64,000 bases of DNA, taken from Candidatus Omnitrophota bacterium (GTDB lineage: Bacteria > Omnitrophota > Gorgyraeia > Tantalellales > Tantalellaceae). A model generated the notes under the pieces. That model had not been told where the DNA came from. It searched no databases and saw nothing but the letters and a program-made list of their open reading frames with translations. The position numbers and the translations under genes were made by a program. Location: assembly GCA_015231405.1 (NCBI GenBank), contig JADGBR010000001.1, forward strand, positions 91,964 through 155,963, in the 5' to 3' direction. Below, one piece after another: positions 29,821 to 38,279 of this stretch (within the stretch, counting starts at the first letter, position 1; every line of letters begins with the position of its first letter).

Positions 29821-30417
29821 GTGAAATTCTTTGACGGAAGGAACTGGGAATACTGGTGGGAGGAATGGATAAAGCCTATAATAATAGCCGCTATACTGGC
29901 GCTTTTTATAAGGACGTTCATTATCCAGCCTTTCAAGATCCCTTCAAACTCGATGTTCCCGACGCTTAAGCCCGGCGACAGGATATTCGTGAGCAAGTTC
30001 ATCTATGGCGCTAAAATACCGTTCACTAAGTTCAGGCTTCCGGAAATGAGGGAACCCAAGACGGGCGATATAGTCGTTTTCTTATCGCCAGTCGAAAAAA
30101 AGAAATTCCTCGTGAAACGATATATAGCAGGCCCGGGGGATACCGTCCTCATAAACGACGGCCAGATCTATCTGGACGGTAATCCTGTGGATCAGCCTCC
30201 GATAGATAAATTCACCTATTATAACCGAGGCCAATACGCCATAAAGGACGAGTTGATAACGGTCCCTGAAGACAATTTCTTTGTTCTGGGCGACAATAGC
30301 GCTAATTCGCTCGATTCCAGGTACTGGGGGTTCGTGCCATTTGAAAAGTTGGTTGGCAAGGCTTTTGTGATACATTGGCCGCTAAACAGGATACGTCTTT
30401 TGCGCGACGGGGAGTGA
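29821..30417 (+). CDS. lepB: signal peptidase I
   Basis: N-terminal TM helix then SNSMFPTL (catalytic Ser box), GDNSANSLDSRYWG. Confidence 0.85.
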   Translation: MKFFDGRNWEYWWEEWIKPIIIAAILALFIRTFIIQPFKIPSNSMFPTLKPGDRIFVSKFIYGAKIPFTKFRLPEMREPKTGDIVVFLSPVEKKKFLVKRYIAGPGDTVLINDGQIYLDGNPVDQPPIDKFTYYNRGQYAIKDELITVPEDNFFVLGDNSANSLDSRYWGFVPFEKLVGKAFVIHWPLNRIRLLRDGE

Positions 30418-30421
30418 CCAT

Positions 30422-30955
30422 ATGAATCTGCCGAATTCGATAACAGTGATAAGGATAATACTGGTGCCGGTATTCGTTCTTTTTATCCTGTATCATAAGC
30501 TGGAGATATCCTTCGCGATATTCATCGCGGCAGCGTTCACGGACGCGCTTGACGGGTATCTCGCCAGGACCCTCAAACAGAAAACAAAACTTGGAGCTTT
30601 CCTGGACCCTATCGCGGATAAACTGCTTGTCGGAAGCGCTTATTTCTGCTTCAGCCTGGTAAATGACCTGCCCCAATATGTCCGTATGCCGATATATGTG
30701 CCGCTTGTCGTGATAAGCCGCGATGTTCTGATCTTAATAGGATTCATGATAATTAATCTTCTCAAGGGTGAGATAGAGGTCAGGCCGACTATCCTGGGGA
30801 AATTAACTACTTTTTTCCAGATGCTCACGATAGGGGCGCTTCTAACGCGTTATGTCCATTCGAACATTATTTGGAACACGATGGTCGCTTTGACCATAAT
30901 ATCGGGCCTTGATTATCTAAGGATCGGGGCTAAAAAGGTGAATATCAATGGATAA
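30422..30955 (+). CDS. pgsA: CDP-alcohol phosphatidyltransferase (phosphatidylglycerophosphate synthase-like)
   Basis: DALDGYLAR...G...DPIADK motif; 4-5 TM helices. Confidence 0.8.
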   Translation: MNLPNSITVIRIILVPVFVLFILYHKLEISFAIFIAAAFTDALDGYLARTLKQKTKLGAFLDPIADKLLVGSAYFCFSLVNDLPQYVRMPIYVPLVVISRDVLILIGFMIINLLKGEIEVRPTILGKLTTFFQMLTIGALLTRYVHSNIIWNTMVALTIISGLDYLRIGAKKVNING

Positions 30956-32294
30956 AGAATATCCCTCTGTTTGCATTGTCGGCAGGCCTAACGTAGGAAA
31001 ATCTTCTCTTTTTAACTGGTTCGCCGGAGAACGGAAAGCCGTTGTCCTTGAAGAGTCCGGCACGACCCGGGACAGGGTCGAGGCTGTCATTGAATTGTTC
31101 AGGAGAAAGGTGACGGTCTCGGACACAGGAGGGTATCTTCAGGAGGATACGGATAAAATGTCGGTAATGGTGAAGCAGCAGATCAGGAACGCTATCAAAG
31201 AGGCCGATGTCCTTATCATGGTGACCGACGCTCAGGCCGGCGTGGTCCCGGCGGATATTGAAATAGCGGCTATTATCAGGAAAGCGGATAAGCCGGTGAT
31301 CCTCGCCGTCAATAAGGCCGATAACCGGGCGCTGGATGCCGATTCGGTCGATTTCTTTCAATTGGGGCTTGGCGACCCTTTACCGGTATCATGCCTTCAC
31401 CGAAGGGGCATGGAGACGCTCAAGGAGGCGGTCCGGAAGGTCATGCCGGATGAGTTCGTGAGGTCGGATAACAACGATAAAAGTTCCATAAAAATAGCCG
31501 TAGTCGGCAGGCCCAATGTCGGGAAATCATCCTATATAAACTACATATTGAAAAGGGACAGGGTCATAGTCAGCGATATGCCTGGTACTACCAGGGATTC
31601 GGTCGATATTTTCTTCAATGACGGCAAGAACGACTATACGCTCATAGATACCGCGGGAATAAGGCATTCGAGGAAAATATTCCGGGCAGTCGACGTTTTC
31701 AGCATCATGAGGTCAAAGGGATCCATAAAAAGGGCCGATGTAGTGATATTTCTCCTGGACTCCGTTGACGGCGCGACGCATGACGATCTGGCTATATTAA
31801 GGTATATAATGGAGAACGGTAAAGCGTGTATCGTTATCATAAATAAATGGGACCTTGCCCGGGGGGTTGAGGATGTGGATCAGGAAGGATACCATGAAAG
31901 CCTGATCGCCGCGTCGCCCGTATTCAGGGTATTTCCCGTATTCTTTGTCTCTTCGGTATCAGGTAGGAACGTGATGAAAAGTTTCGCATCCGTAAAACAG
32001 CTGAACGATGCTCTTGACCGGGAATTCCAGACGTCTTCCCTGAACAAGATATTCGAAAAGAACGATCCCTCCAAAGTCCCAGTCCCCAGGAGCGATAAAA
32101 GGCCGAATTTCATGTATATTACGCAGACCGGAAAAAGACCTGTAGAGTTCACGTTCTTCGTGAATAGCGCCGGGGCAGTAACCCCCGGGCATCTTAGTTA
32201 TATCGAGAATGTTTTAAGGAAGAACGTTGAGCTTGAAGGGATACCAATATCCATTAAGATACGTGCGGCAAAAGAAAAAAAGGAGAGGAAGTGA
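30948..32294 (+). CDS. der: ribosome-biogenesis GTPase Der (EngA)
   Basis: Two GTPase domains (GRPNVGKSSLFN, GRPNVGKSSYIN) plus a KH-like C-terminus. Confidence 0.9.
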   Translation: MDKEYPSVCIVGRPNVGKSSLFNWFAGERKAVVLEESGTTRDRVEAVIELFRRKVTVSDTGGYLQEDTDKMSVMVKQQIRNAIKEADVLIMVTDAQAGVVPADIEIAAIIRKADKPVILAVNKADNRALDADSVDFFQLGLGDPLPVSCLHRRGMETLKEAVRKVMPDEFVRSDNNDKSSIKIAVVGRPNVGKSSYINYILKRDRVIVSDMPGTTRDSVDIFFNDGKNDYTLIDTAGIRHSRKIFRAVDVFSIMRSKGSIKRADVVIFLLDSVDGATHDDLAILRYIMENGKACIVIINKWDLARGVEDVDQEGYHESLIAASPVFRVFPVFFVSSVSGRNVMKSFASVKQLNDALDREFQTSSLNKIFEKNDPSKVPVPRSDKRPNFMYITQTGKRPVEFTFFVNSAGAVTPGHLSYIENVLRKNVELEGIPISIKIRAAKEKKERK

Positions 32295-32905
32295 TCATCT
32301 TAATTATTTTCGGCGTAGTACTGGCCTATTTGCTGGGGTCTTTGCCGACGGCGTATATATTCGGTAAAACACTGAAAAATATCGATATCAGGGAGCACGG
32401 GAGCGGCAATATGGGCGCGACCAATGTTTTCAGAACAGTCGGGAAAACTCCCGGGTTGATAGTTCTTGTCATCGATTTCCTGAAAGGGCTTTTAGCCGTC
32501 ACTATGATCCCGATCATCCTGAAAAGATTTATTCCTGCATACGCGGAAAATAGCGCGTGGATACTTATATTATTTGGGGTAGCCGTAATATGCGGCCACG
32601 TTTGGACTATATTCCTTAATTTCAAAGGGGGTAAAGGCGTCGCGACGACAGCCGGTGTCCTTGCCGGAATATCGCCGCTTATCCTGATCCTATGTCTGGC
32701 GGTTTTTTCGACGGTATTTTATATATGGAGATATGTTTCCCTTGGTTCGATAATTGCCGCGTTATTCCTCCCGATATTTGCAGTGATCTTCAATAACAAT
32801 ATCTACTATGTTTTATTTTGTTCGGGGTTAACGATACTCGCTATAATAAAGCATAGAGAGAATATCAGGCGGCTTATCAGGGGGGAGGAGAAGAGACTGA
32901 TATGA
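32291..32905 (+). CDS. plsY: glycerol-3-phosphate acyltransferase PlsY
   Basis: GSGNMGATNVFR, NFKGGKGVAT; multi-TM. Confidence 0.9.
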   Translation: MIILIIFGVVLAYLLGSLPTAYIFGKTLKNIDIREHGSGNMGATNVFRTVGKTPGLIVLVIDFLKGLLAVTMIPIILKRFIPAYAENSAWILILFGVAVICGHVWTIFLNFKGGKGVATTAGVLAGISPLILILCLAVFSTVFYIWRYVSLGSIIAALFLPIFAVIFNNNIYYVLFCSGLTILAIIKHRENIRRLIRGEEKRLI

Positions 32906-32987
32906 GAATGGTGTCTACGGGAATATAAAATACGATTTTAATCAGTTAACCCTGCCAAGTAAACAAAAAAAAAGCCAGTATTAATTC

Positions 32988-33016
32988 TTGATTTCACTTC
33001 CCTGGTGAAGTATAAT
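32988..33016 (+). promoter_or_regulatory. near-consensus sigma70 promoter TTGATT-17-TATAAT in AT-rich islet
   Basis: TTGATT at 32988-32993, 17-nt spacer, TATAAT at 33011-33016. Lies in a visibly AT-rich spacer 88 nt upstream of the orphan ORF at 33104. Confidence 0.6.
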
Positions 33017-33103
33017 TAGTCTTGTTAACCAACTTAAAAGGAAAATAATAAATAAAATACTTTTACAAATCTTTAAAAAAGAACTAAAAAAAAGCAGGTT
33101 AAA

Positions 33104-33469
33104 ATGAAGCAACTAGTATACAAAACACTTGAGGGGAACAATCCAAGAAAAAAAGAAGTTTCGATACAGGAGATCGAAGATTGCGCCATAACTCAAGTGA
33201 AAAAAGAATGGACCTGCAAATATTTTGTAAAATCAACTCATGTCTCAAGATCTGAAGAGGACCTTAATAAATGGGTCTCAAGAAATAAAAAAAGCGATAA
33301 GAACGTGAAGAGTTGCCATCTGTTCAAGGAGATCGATACTGAGCGGAATACCACAAAAGTCGTATGTAAAGTTCTTGGCGAATTCTTCGCCATTACCGGT
33401 CTTACGGTAATAAAGATCGTTTATATCAATTCATTAAAAATATTCATGTCAAACACAAAGGGGAATTGA
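33104..33469 (+). CDS. hypothetical Lys-rich protein (orphan, no recognisable domain)
   Basis: 121-aa ORF in a region much more AT-rich than its neighbours, driven by the strong promoter above. Four Cys residues, basic, hydrophobic C-terminal tail FFAITGLTVIKIVYI. No family recognised by eye. Confidence 0.45.
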   Translation: MKQLVYKTLEGNNPRKKEVSIQEIEDCAITQVKKEWTCKYFVKSTHVSRSEEDLNKWVSRNKKSDKNVKSCHLFKEIDTERNTTKVVCKVLGEFFAITGLTVIKIVYINSLKIFMSNTKGN

Positions 33470-33657
33470 AGTGAAGGAATTATTGCGTTCATTCATGGTA
33501 TTTATGGCATTCGTAAAGCTCAGCATGATCAAGCTGCAATTATCCGATTGCGAGAATAAAGTACGGGCCAGATAAGCAGATAATTTGACGGGTTCGCAAA
33601 TCCCAGTCAATTACCTCCTGGACCTGAATGGTGTGTCGCCTTTCACGGTCAGGACAA

Positions 33658-33690
33658 ACGGAGATGGCGTAAGCCGTCTCCGTTTTTTTT
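33658..33690 (+). terminator. rho-independent terminator (11-bp stem, GUAA loop, 7-8 U)
   Basis: ACGGAGATGGC-gtaa-GCCGTCTCCGT followed by TTTTTTT. Ends the transcript that starts at the 33011 promoter. ORF 33585-33803 spans it and is therefore rejected. Confidence 0.8.
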
Positions 33691-34008
33691 ACCCACTGAT
33701 GGATCTAGTCCAATTTCCCCTCTCCACTATCCACCAATTCTCCGAGCACTACCCATTATCAATTTTCAACCCAACCCGGTATCTCATCCACACACCTCAT
33801 TGATAGTGTAACAATTTATGCTGACTTTCATCATGCGCGCGGCGAGGTGTGGACTTCCTCTTCAAGCCTTCCCCTGGGAATTTAACAACGACTTTAACAT
33901 GCCGTTTTTAGACCTTGCGCATTCACCCCTCCTCCGCCTTCGGATTCGGAGGATGAGCCGCAAGCAAGGAGGTTGTCATAAAAACGTCATGTAAAAGGCT
34001 AAAATTTC

Positions 34009-34024
34009 CAAAGGGGCCCCTTTG
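34009..34024. repeat. perfect 16-bp palindrome CAAAGGGGCCCCTTTG
   Basis: Self-complementary with no loop, so it is a DNA-level dyad, a typical dimeric-regulator site. About 350 bp upstream of the XRE gene. Confidence 0.6.
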
Positions 34025-34104
34025 CTTAAAGAGGATATCCACACCTTGACCCTTCCCGTAATGAAAAATCCCAGGAATCTCCAGGTCTTTGCGAAAGGGG
34101 TGAG

Positions 34105-34258
34105 GGCGTGAAGGAGATGGGGTTCTTCGTAAGGCACTTTGCTGTCCCGATATCCAAAGTAGCCTTGTGCGTGGACCTTGCAAATGTTACAGCCGAGGAC
34201 ACAAACCCAACAAGAAGTTTGCAAAGTGCCTGTAGAAGGTTCCCATCTCCTTCACGCC
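34105..34258. repeat. 154-bp element bounded by imperfect 38-bp inverted repeats (MITE-like or long hairpin)
   Basis: Arm 34105-34142 vs arm 34221-34258. Perfect matches of 17 bp (GGCGTGAAGGAGATGGG / CCCATCTCCTTCACGCC) and 10 bp (GGCACTTTGC / GCAAAGTGCC) flank an 11-bp mismatched patch. 78-nt centre. Confidence 0.55.
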
Positions 34259-34338
34259 ATCGTCACGAGAAGCATGAAACTTTTGAAAGTCAGCAAGGTT
34301 CTTGACAGTATGGATCCCGATGGATCTCATTGATACTA

Positions 34339-34367
34339 TTGCGTAGCGGAATTGACGGTGATATACT
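34339..34367 (+). promoter_or_regulatory. putative promoter TTGCGT-17-TATACT placing the TSS at the XRE ATG (leaderless mRNA)
   Basis: The -10 TATACT ends 6 nt before ATG 34374. No Shine-Dalgarno precedes the ATG. Confidence 0.35.
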
Positions 34368-34373
34368 GACTCC

Positions 34374-34742
34374 ATGAGTTTTTCACGCAATCTTAGATCC
34401 GCCAGGATGAAGGCGGGAATGTCTCAGAAAGTTCTTGCGCTTGGATTGAAAGTGAAACAGTCCACGGTATCAAAATGGGAACAGGGGAAGAGGACTCCCG
34501 GAATGAAGAAGATATCCCTTATCGCCCAGTCGCTTAGAACTTCGATATCGAGCCTGGTAAAATATAAAAAGGAAAACGTTCTTTTATCCCATGACCTGGC
34601 AGTGAGACTCCTGGACCAGTTGAACGCGGCTTCGTTCATTGTCGAGCGCCTCATTAAGGGTGATACTCCTGACAGGGGTGTCCTGATCGCAGCTCAAAAA
34701 CAGATCAGGGACGCGGTAAAGATATTGAGGTCTTCAAGATGA
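34374..34742 (+). CDS. XRE-family (Cro/cI-type) helix-turn-helix transcriptional regulator
   Basis: LRSARMKAGMSQKVLALGLKVKQSTVSKWEQGKRTP is a canonical HTH_XRE. 122 aa. The stop overlaps the next gene start (ATGA). Confidence 0.8.
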   Translation: MSFSRNLRSARMKAGMSQKVLALGLKVKQSTVSKWEQGKRTPGMKKISLIAQSLRTSISSLVKYKKENVLLSHDLAVRLLDQLNAASFIVERLIKGDTPDRGVLIAAQKQIRDAVKILRSSR

Positions 34743-36124
34743 GATATACCCTTAAACTCTTCACGATCGTCATAGCGTTAATATCGTTACAGCACTGGCA
34801 GGCCAGGGCCGAGGAGAGCGACAGAGATCTGGTGATGAAAGGAGCCGATCTCGCGCGAAAAGGGAGGTACGACGAGGCGGTGAACGAGATCGATAAGGCG
34901 CTTAAGCTCAATTCAGGGAACCCTGCGGCCTATTACATCAGGGGGGTAGCCTGTTTTTATCAGGGTAACACAAAAAAGGCGCTGGGAGATTTCGATAAGG
35001 CAATAGACCTGAACCGTAAATACGCTGACGCGTACAATGGAAGAGGACTTGCCCTCGCCTCCGCCGGTCTGGCGGATCGCGCCTTAGAGGATTTTAATAC
35101 GACTTTAGAGCTTGACCCAAAGAACGCTTCGGCGTACATGAACCGGGCTGTTACTTATTTTAAGAAGAAACAATATGAGAAAAGTATGGCGGACGTCAAA
35201 AAAGCCGAATCGCTTGGAGCTAAAGTTAATTCAAGGTTCCTTTCCGATCTGAATATTTCCGTTGCGATCGATAATTTAAGGACGTGGGCCTTTGGTTTTA
35301 AAGGCGGGATACAGTTAAACCGAAAAGGAGGAGTTATGGGAATTCTGATAGGTATCGCGATAGTCGTTATCGCTTTCTCTTTGAGGATAATCCAACAATA
35401 TGAGACAGGAGTGGTTTTCCAGCTTGGGCGGTATTCAAGGACGCTTCATCCCGGTTTGAATTTCATAATACCGGTAATAGAGCACGCAAGGGTGGTCGAT
35501 ATGAGGATATCGACACATGACATACCCGAGCAGCAGGTTATAACCAAAGACAATGTTCCGGTAGCTATTAACGGGGTCGTGTATTTCAAGGTAGAGAACG
35601 CGCAAACGGCGGTCATAAAGGTGCAGAATTACACGTACGCCGTTTCACAGTACGCGCAAGCCGCGCTTAGGGATGTGGTAGGCGGGATGACACTCGACGA
35701 CCTTCTGACGGAAAGACAGAAGATCGGCGAAAAGATCGAGGAGAGCATACAGAAAGAGGCGGCATCCTGGGGCTTGCTGGTAACGGCGATTAAACTCCAG
35801 GATGTAAATATGCCCGAGGACCTTAAAAAGATCATGTCCAGACAAGCTTCCGCTGAAAGGGAAAAAAGGGCCACGATAACAAAAGCCGAAGGCGATAAAA
35901 TGGCCGCTTTGAATCTCGCGGAAGCGGCAAAAACTATGGCGGCGTCTCCCGGCGCCATGCAGCTAAGAACGCTTCAGACTATCGACGGCCTTGGGCCAAG
36001 CCCCTCAAATACCGTAGTTCTAGCGGTGCCGGTAGATATACTCGAACTAGCTCGGGGGCTTAATATCCAATTTTCGGAAAATGCTCAAAAACAGGTCAAC
36101 GTTGCGGTTGAAAAAAGGTCTTGA
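34739..36124 (+). CDS. signal peptide + TPR repeats + TM helix + SPFH/band-7 (stomatin/prohibitin-like) domain fusion protein
   Basis: N-terminal signal peptide (LFTIVIALISLQHWQARA); about 4 TPR units (AAYYIRGVACFYQGNTKKALGDFDKAIDLN...). TM helix GILIGIAIVVIAFSL, then SPFH core (VITKDNVPVAINGVVYFKVENAQ...AALRDVVGGMTLDDLL...) with a coiled-coil tail. Confidence 0.8.
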   Translation: MRYTLKLFTIVIALISLQHWQARAEESDRDLVMKGADLARKGRYDEAVNEIDKALKLNSGNPAAYYIRGVACFYQGNTKKALGDFDKAIDLNRKYADAYNGRGLALASAGLADRALEDFNTTLELDPKNASAYMNRAVTYFKKKQYEKSMADVKKAESLGAKVNSRFLSDLNISVAIDNLRTWAFGFKGGIQLNRKGGVMGILIGIAIVVIAFSLRIIQQYETGVVFQLGRYSRTLHPGLNFIIPVIEHARVVDMRISTHDIPEQQVITKDNVPVAINGVVYFKVENAQTAVIKVQNYTYAVSQYAQAALRDVVGGMTLDDLLTERQKIGEKIEESIQKEAASWGLLVTAIKLQDVNMPEDLKKIMSRQASAEREKRATITKAEGDKMAALNLAEAAKTMAASPGAMQLRTLQTIDGLGPSPSNTVVLAVPVDILELARGLNIQFSENAQKQVNVAVEKRS

Positions 36125-36195
36125 GTTTTACGAAGATCAGCATTATATTAATATAAGTTGTCATGTTTAATGATCTTATGTGGAAGGGGGGGGCG

Positions 36196-36822
36196 ATGAT
36201 GAGGAAAACAATATTTCTCGCGATTCAGATGCTGTTTATTTTTGGGAACGTCGCCTGTTTCGGTGCCGGACCTATCGAATTTGATTTTGAGCAGAGCGAG
36301 CAGACATGGTTCGTTCCGGATTGGGCGATCTCCCAGGATGATTGCGTCTGTAAGAACGCGATCCTCTCTGCAGTTCAGCCCTTTGAGGGTAAGCAATCCC
36401 TGGAGCTTCAATGCAAATTCCCGGGGAATAAATGGACCGGGGCCGTAGTGGAATTTGACGGTCAAATGGACCTGTCAGGATGCAAAGGGATAAGCGCCGA
36501 AGTGTATCTGCCCAAGGAAGTCAACAGTAATCTGCTTTTAGGACGGTTCTTTTTCACCGCCGGGGACAAATGGAGCTTTATAGAAAGCCGTAATACTACC
36601 CAGCTTAAACCCGGTGAATGGACCAAAATATCCGCGACATTTGATACCACCAACCCGAAAGGGACACCGAACTGGAAATTCAAGAGAGAACAGGGTAATC
36701 TTCAGGACAATATCAAGGATATACGCCGAGTTGGGGTTCGGATCGAATATAACGCGAATGAGTGGCAGGCCGGCGCTCCATATGAAGGTCCGGTGTATAT
36801 TGATAATGTCGTTATAGAATGA
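36196..36822 (+). CDS. secreted hypothetical protein, beta-sandwich / carbohydrate-binding-module-like
   Basis: Signal peptide MMRKTIFLAIQMLFIFGNVACFGA after RBS GGAAGGGGGGG. Trp/Asn-rich beta-strand pattern, C-terminal GPVYIDNVVIE. Family not identified. Confidence 0.6.
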   Translation: MMRKTIFLAIQMLFIFGNVACFGAGPIEFDFEQSEQTWFVPDWAISQDDCVCKNAILSAVQPFEGKQSLELQCKFPGNKWTGAVVEFDGQMDLSGCKGISAEVYLPKEVNSNLLLGRFFFTAGDKWSFIESRNTTQLKPGEWTKISATFDTTNPKGTPNWKFKREQGNLQDNIKDIRRVGVRIEYNANEWQAGAPYEGPVYIDNVVIE

Positions 36823-36905
36823 CCGATGAAGAAATCGTAGGGGCGGGGTTCCCTCGCCCCTATATATGTGGAAGTTTTGATTTCACACGCTTTTATACGC
36901 CGCCA

Positions 36906-36934
36906 TTGACTCGCTTTCCGCGATATGCTACAAT
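36906..36934 (+). promoter_or_regulatory. sigma70-like promoter upstream of gpsA (TTGACT-17-TACAAT)
   Basis: TTGACT at 36906-36911, 17-nt spacer, TACAAT at 36929-36934, 19 nt before the gpsA ATG. Confidence 0.5.
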
Positions 36935-36952
36935 TCACATCTGTTTTATCAT

Positions 36953-37927
36953 ATGAAGATACTTGTCATAGGCGACGGAGGGTGGGGAACCGCCCTGTCA
37001 ATTTTGTTAAATAATAAAGGTCATAATGTGACCTTGTGGAGCTATTCTCCCGAATATGCGGATGTTCTTAGGAAGAAAAGGGAGAATGTAAAATTCCTTA
37101 AGGGGATCAGTATCCCGGGTAAAATAAAGATAACTTCGGAGCTCAAAAGAAAAGATATTTTTGACCTGGTCCTATTCGCTGTGCCTTGCGGTTATTTAAG
37201 TTCCGTTGCGGAAAAGTTCAGGGATTTCCCGTTCGGGAAGATCGTAAGCGCTACCAAAGGGATAGAGAACGGTTCGTTGAGAAGGCCTTCGGAGATACTC
37301 AAAAGCTATTATAAAAGAGCTTCGATAGCCGTTCTTTCCGGACCAAGCATTTCCGGAGAGGTAGCCAAAGGGTTCCCAGCGGCGCTTGTTCTGGCCGGAA
37401 AAGGGTTATTTCGTGAAGAGGCGCAGAAAGCTCTTTCGACCGACAGGTTCAGGGTCTACACTTCTGGAGATATCACGGGTGTCGAACTTGGCGGAGCGGT
37501 GAAGAATGTCGTAGCTATTGCAGCTGGAATATCTGATGGCCTCGGGTTCGGGACTAACACCAAGGCCGCTATATTGACAAGAGGCCTGGCTGAGATAGTA
37601 AGGCTTGGCGACACACTCGGAGCGAAAGAAGACACGTTCAAGGGATTAAGCGGGATAGGGGATCTGGCCACTACATGTATGAGCTCGAACAGCAGGAACA
37701 GGTGGTTTGGGGAACAGCTCGGCCTAGGGCGTAAGATCCAGGATATACTTGGAGAGACAGAGATGGCCGTAGAGGGGGTGCTGACCTCAAGATCTGTTAA
37801 CGAGCTAGCGGTAAAGCATTCAGTGGATATGCCTATAACGCGGAAGATATACGAAATTATTTACGAAGGCAAAGATCCGAAACGTGCGGTCTTTGAGTTG
37901 ATGACGCGTGAACTTAAGAGCGAATAA
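36953..37927 (+). CDS. gpsA: NAD(P)H-dependent glycerol-3-phosphate dehydrogenase
   Basis: MKILVIGDGGWGTALS Rossmann motif; 324 aa. Confidence 0.9.
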   Translation: MKILVIGDGGWGTALSILLNNKGHNVTLWSYSPEYADVLRKKRENVKFLKGISIPGKIKITSELKRKDIFDLVLFAVPCGYLSSVAEKFRDFPFGKIVSATKGIENGSLRRPSEILKSYYKRASIAVLSGPSISGEVAKGFPAALVLAGKGLFREEAQKALSTDRFRVYTSGDITGVELGGAVKNVVAIAAGISDGLGFGTNTKAAILTRGLAEIVRLGDTLGAKEDTFKGLSGIGDLATTCMSSNSRNRWFGEQLGLGRKIQDILGETEMAVEGVLTSRSVNELAVKHSVDMPITRKIYEIIYEGKDPKRAVFELMTRELKSE

Positions 37928-37937
37928 TAGCTTGATG

Positions 37938-37989
37938 GTTGTTAGTTGTTAGGTGACAGGGCTTGGTATCAACACTAACAGCTATAACC
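37938..37989. repeat. GTTGTTA x2, 24-nt spacer, degenerate reverse-complement TAACANC x3
   Basis: ggttgttagttgttagg ... caacactaacagctataacc. Between gpsA and tRNA-Pro. Confidence 0.5.
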
Positions 37990-38030
37990 CAGAACCTAAA
38001 CCCTAACGGTTCTATTATTTGAAATAGCGT

Positions 38031-38108
38031 CGGGATGTAGCGCAGTTTGGCTAGCGCACTAGTCTGGGGGACTAGGGGTCGCCGGTTCAAATCCGGCCAT
38101 CCCGACCA
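38031..38108 (+). tRNA. tRNA-Pro (anticodon GGG), CCA encoded
   Basis: Acceptor CGGGATG/CATCCCG, D-arm GCGCAGTTTGGCTAGCGC, anticodon stem CTAGT/ACTAG with loop CTGGGGG, T-arm GCCGG-TTCAAAT-CCGGC, discriminator A, then CCA. Confidence 0.85.
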
Positions 38109-38124
38109 TTTTGTTCATCAAGGG

Positions 38125-38250
38125 AACAGAATACAGAATGGAGAATCCAGGATCCAGAATTTGGGATATTTTTAGGAGAGAGTGACCCTGATATAATCCC
38201 GAAAATTATTTTGGATTTTAGCTTCTGGCTTCAGTATTCCAGATTTAAGT
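38125..38250. repeat. NCCAGAA-family heptamers x6 (aacagaa tacagaa tggagaa tccagga tccagaa tttggga) and opposite-orientation TTCTGNN-phased heptamers x6 at 38209-38250
   Basis: Between tRNA-Pro and hom. Right array: ttttgga ttttagc ttctggc ttcagta ttccaga tttaagt. Confidence 0.7.
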
Positions 38251-38279
38251 ACATATATCTCTGTTCAAGGAGTGAGAAA

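Noticed and set aside
33585-33803. 72-aa + strand ORF in the AT-rich islet
   Set aside because: It reads straight through the strong intrinsic terminator at 33658-33690, and its translation is Pro/Leu-rich without start signals.
34299-34370. TTGACA at 34300 or TTGACG at 34352 as the -35 of the XRE promoter
   Set aside because: Spacing to any -10-like hexamer is wrong (23 nt and 4 nt). TTGCGT-17-TATACT fits better.
33923-34390. Minus-strand ORFs (86, 82, 67 aa) in the gap upstream of the XRE gene
   Set aside because: They overlap the palindrome and inverted-repeat element. No RBS. Arg/Pro-rich translations. The region is better explained as non-coding repeats.
36843-36868. Hairpin AGGGGCGGGG...CCTCGCCCCT after the secreted protein gene as terminator
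   Set aside because: Imperfect stem and no U tract (followed by atatatgtgg). At most a weak or rho-dependent stop. Not listed as a feature.
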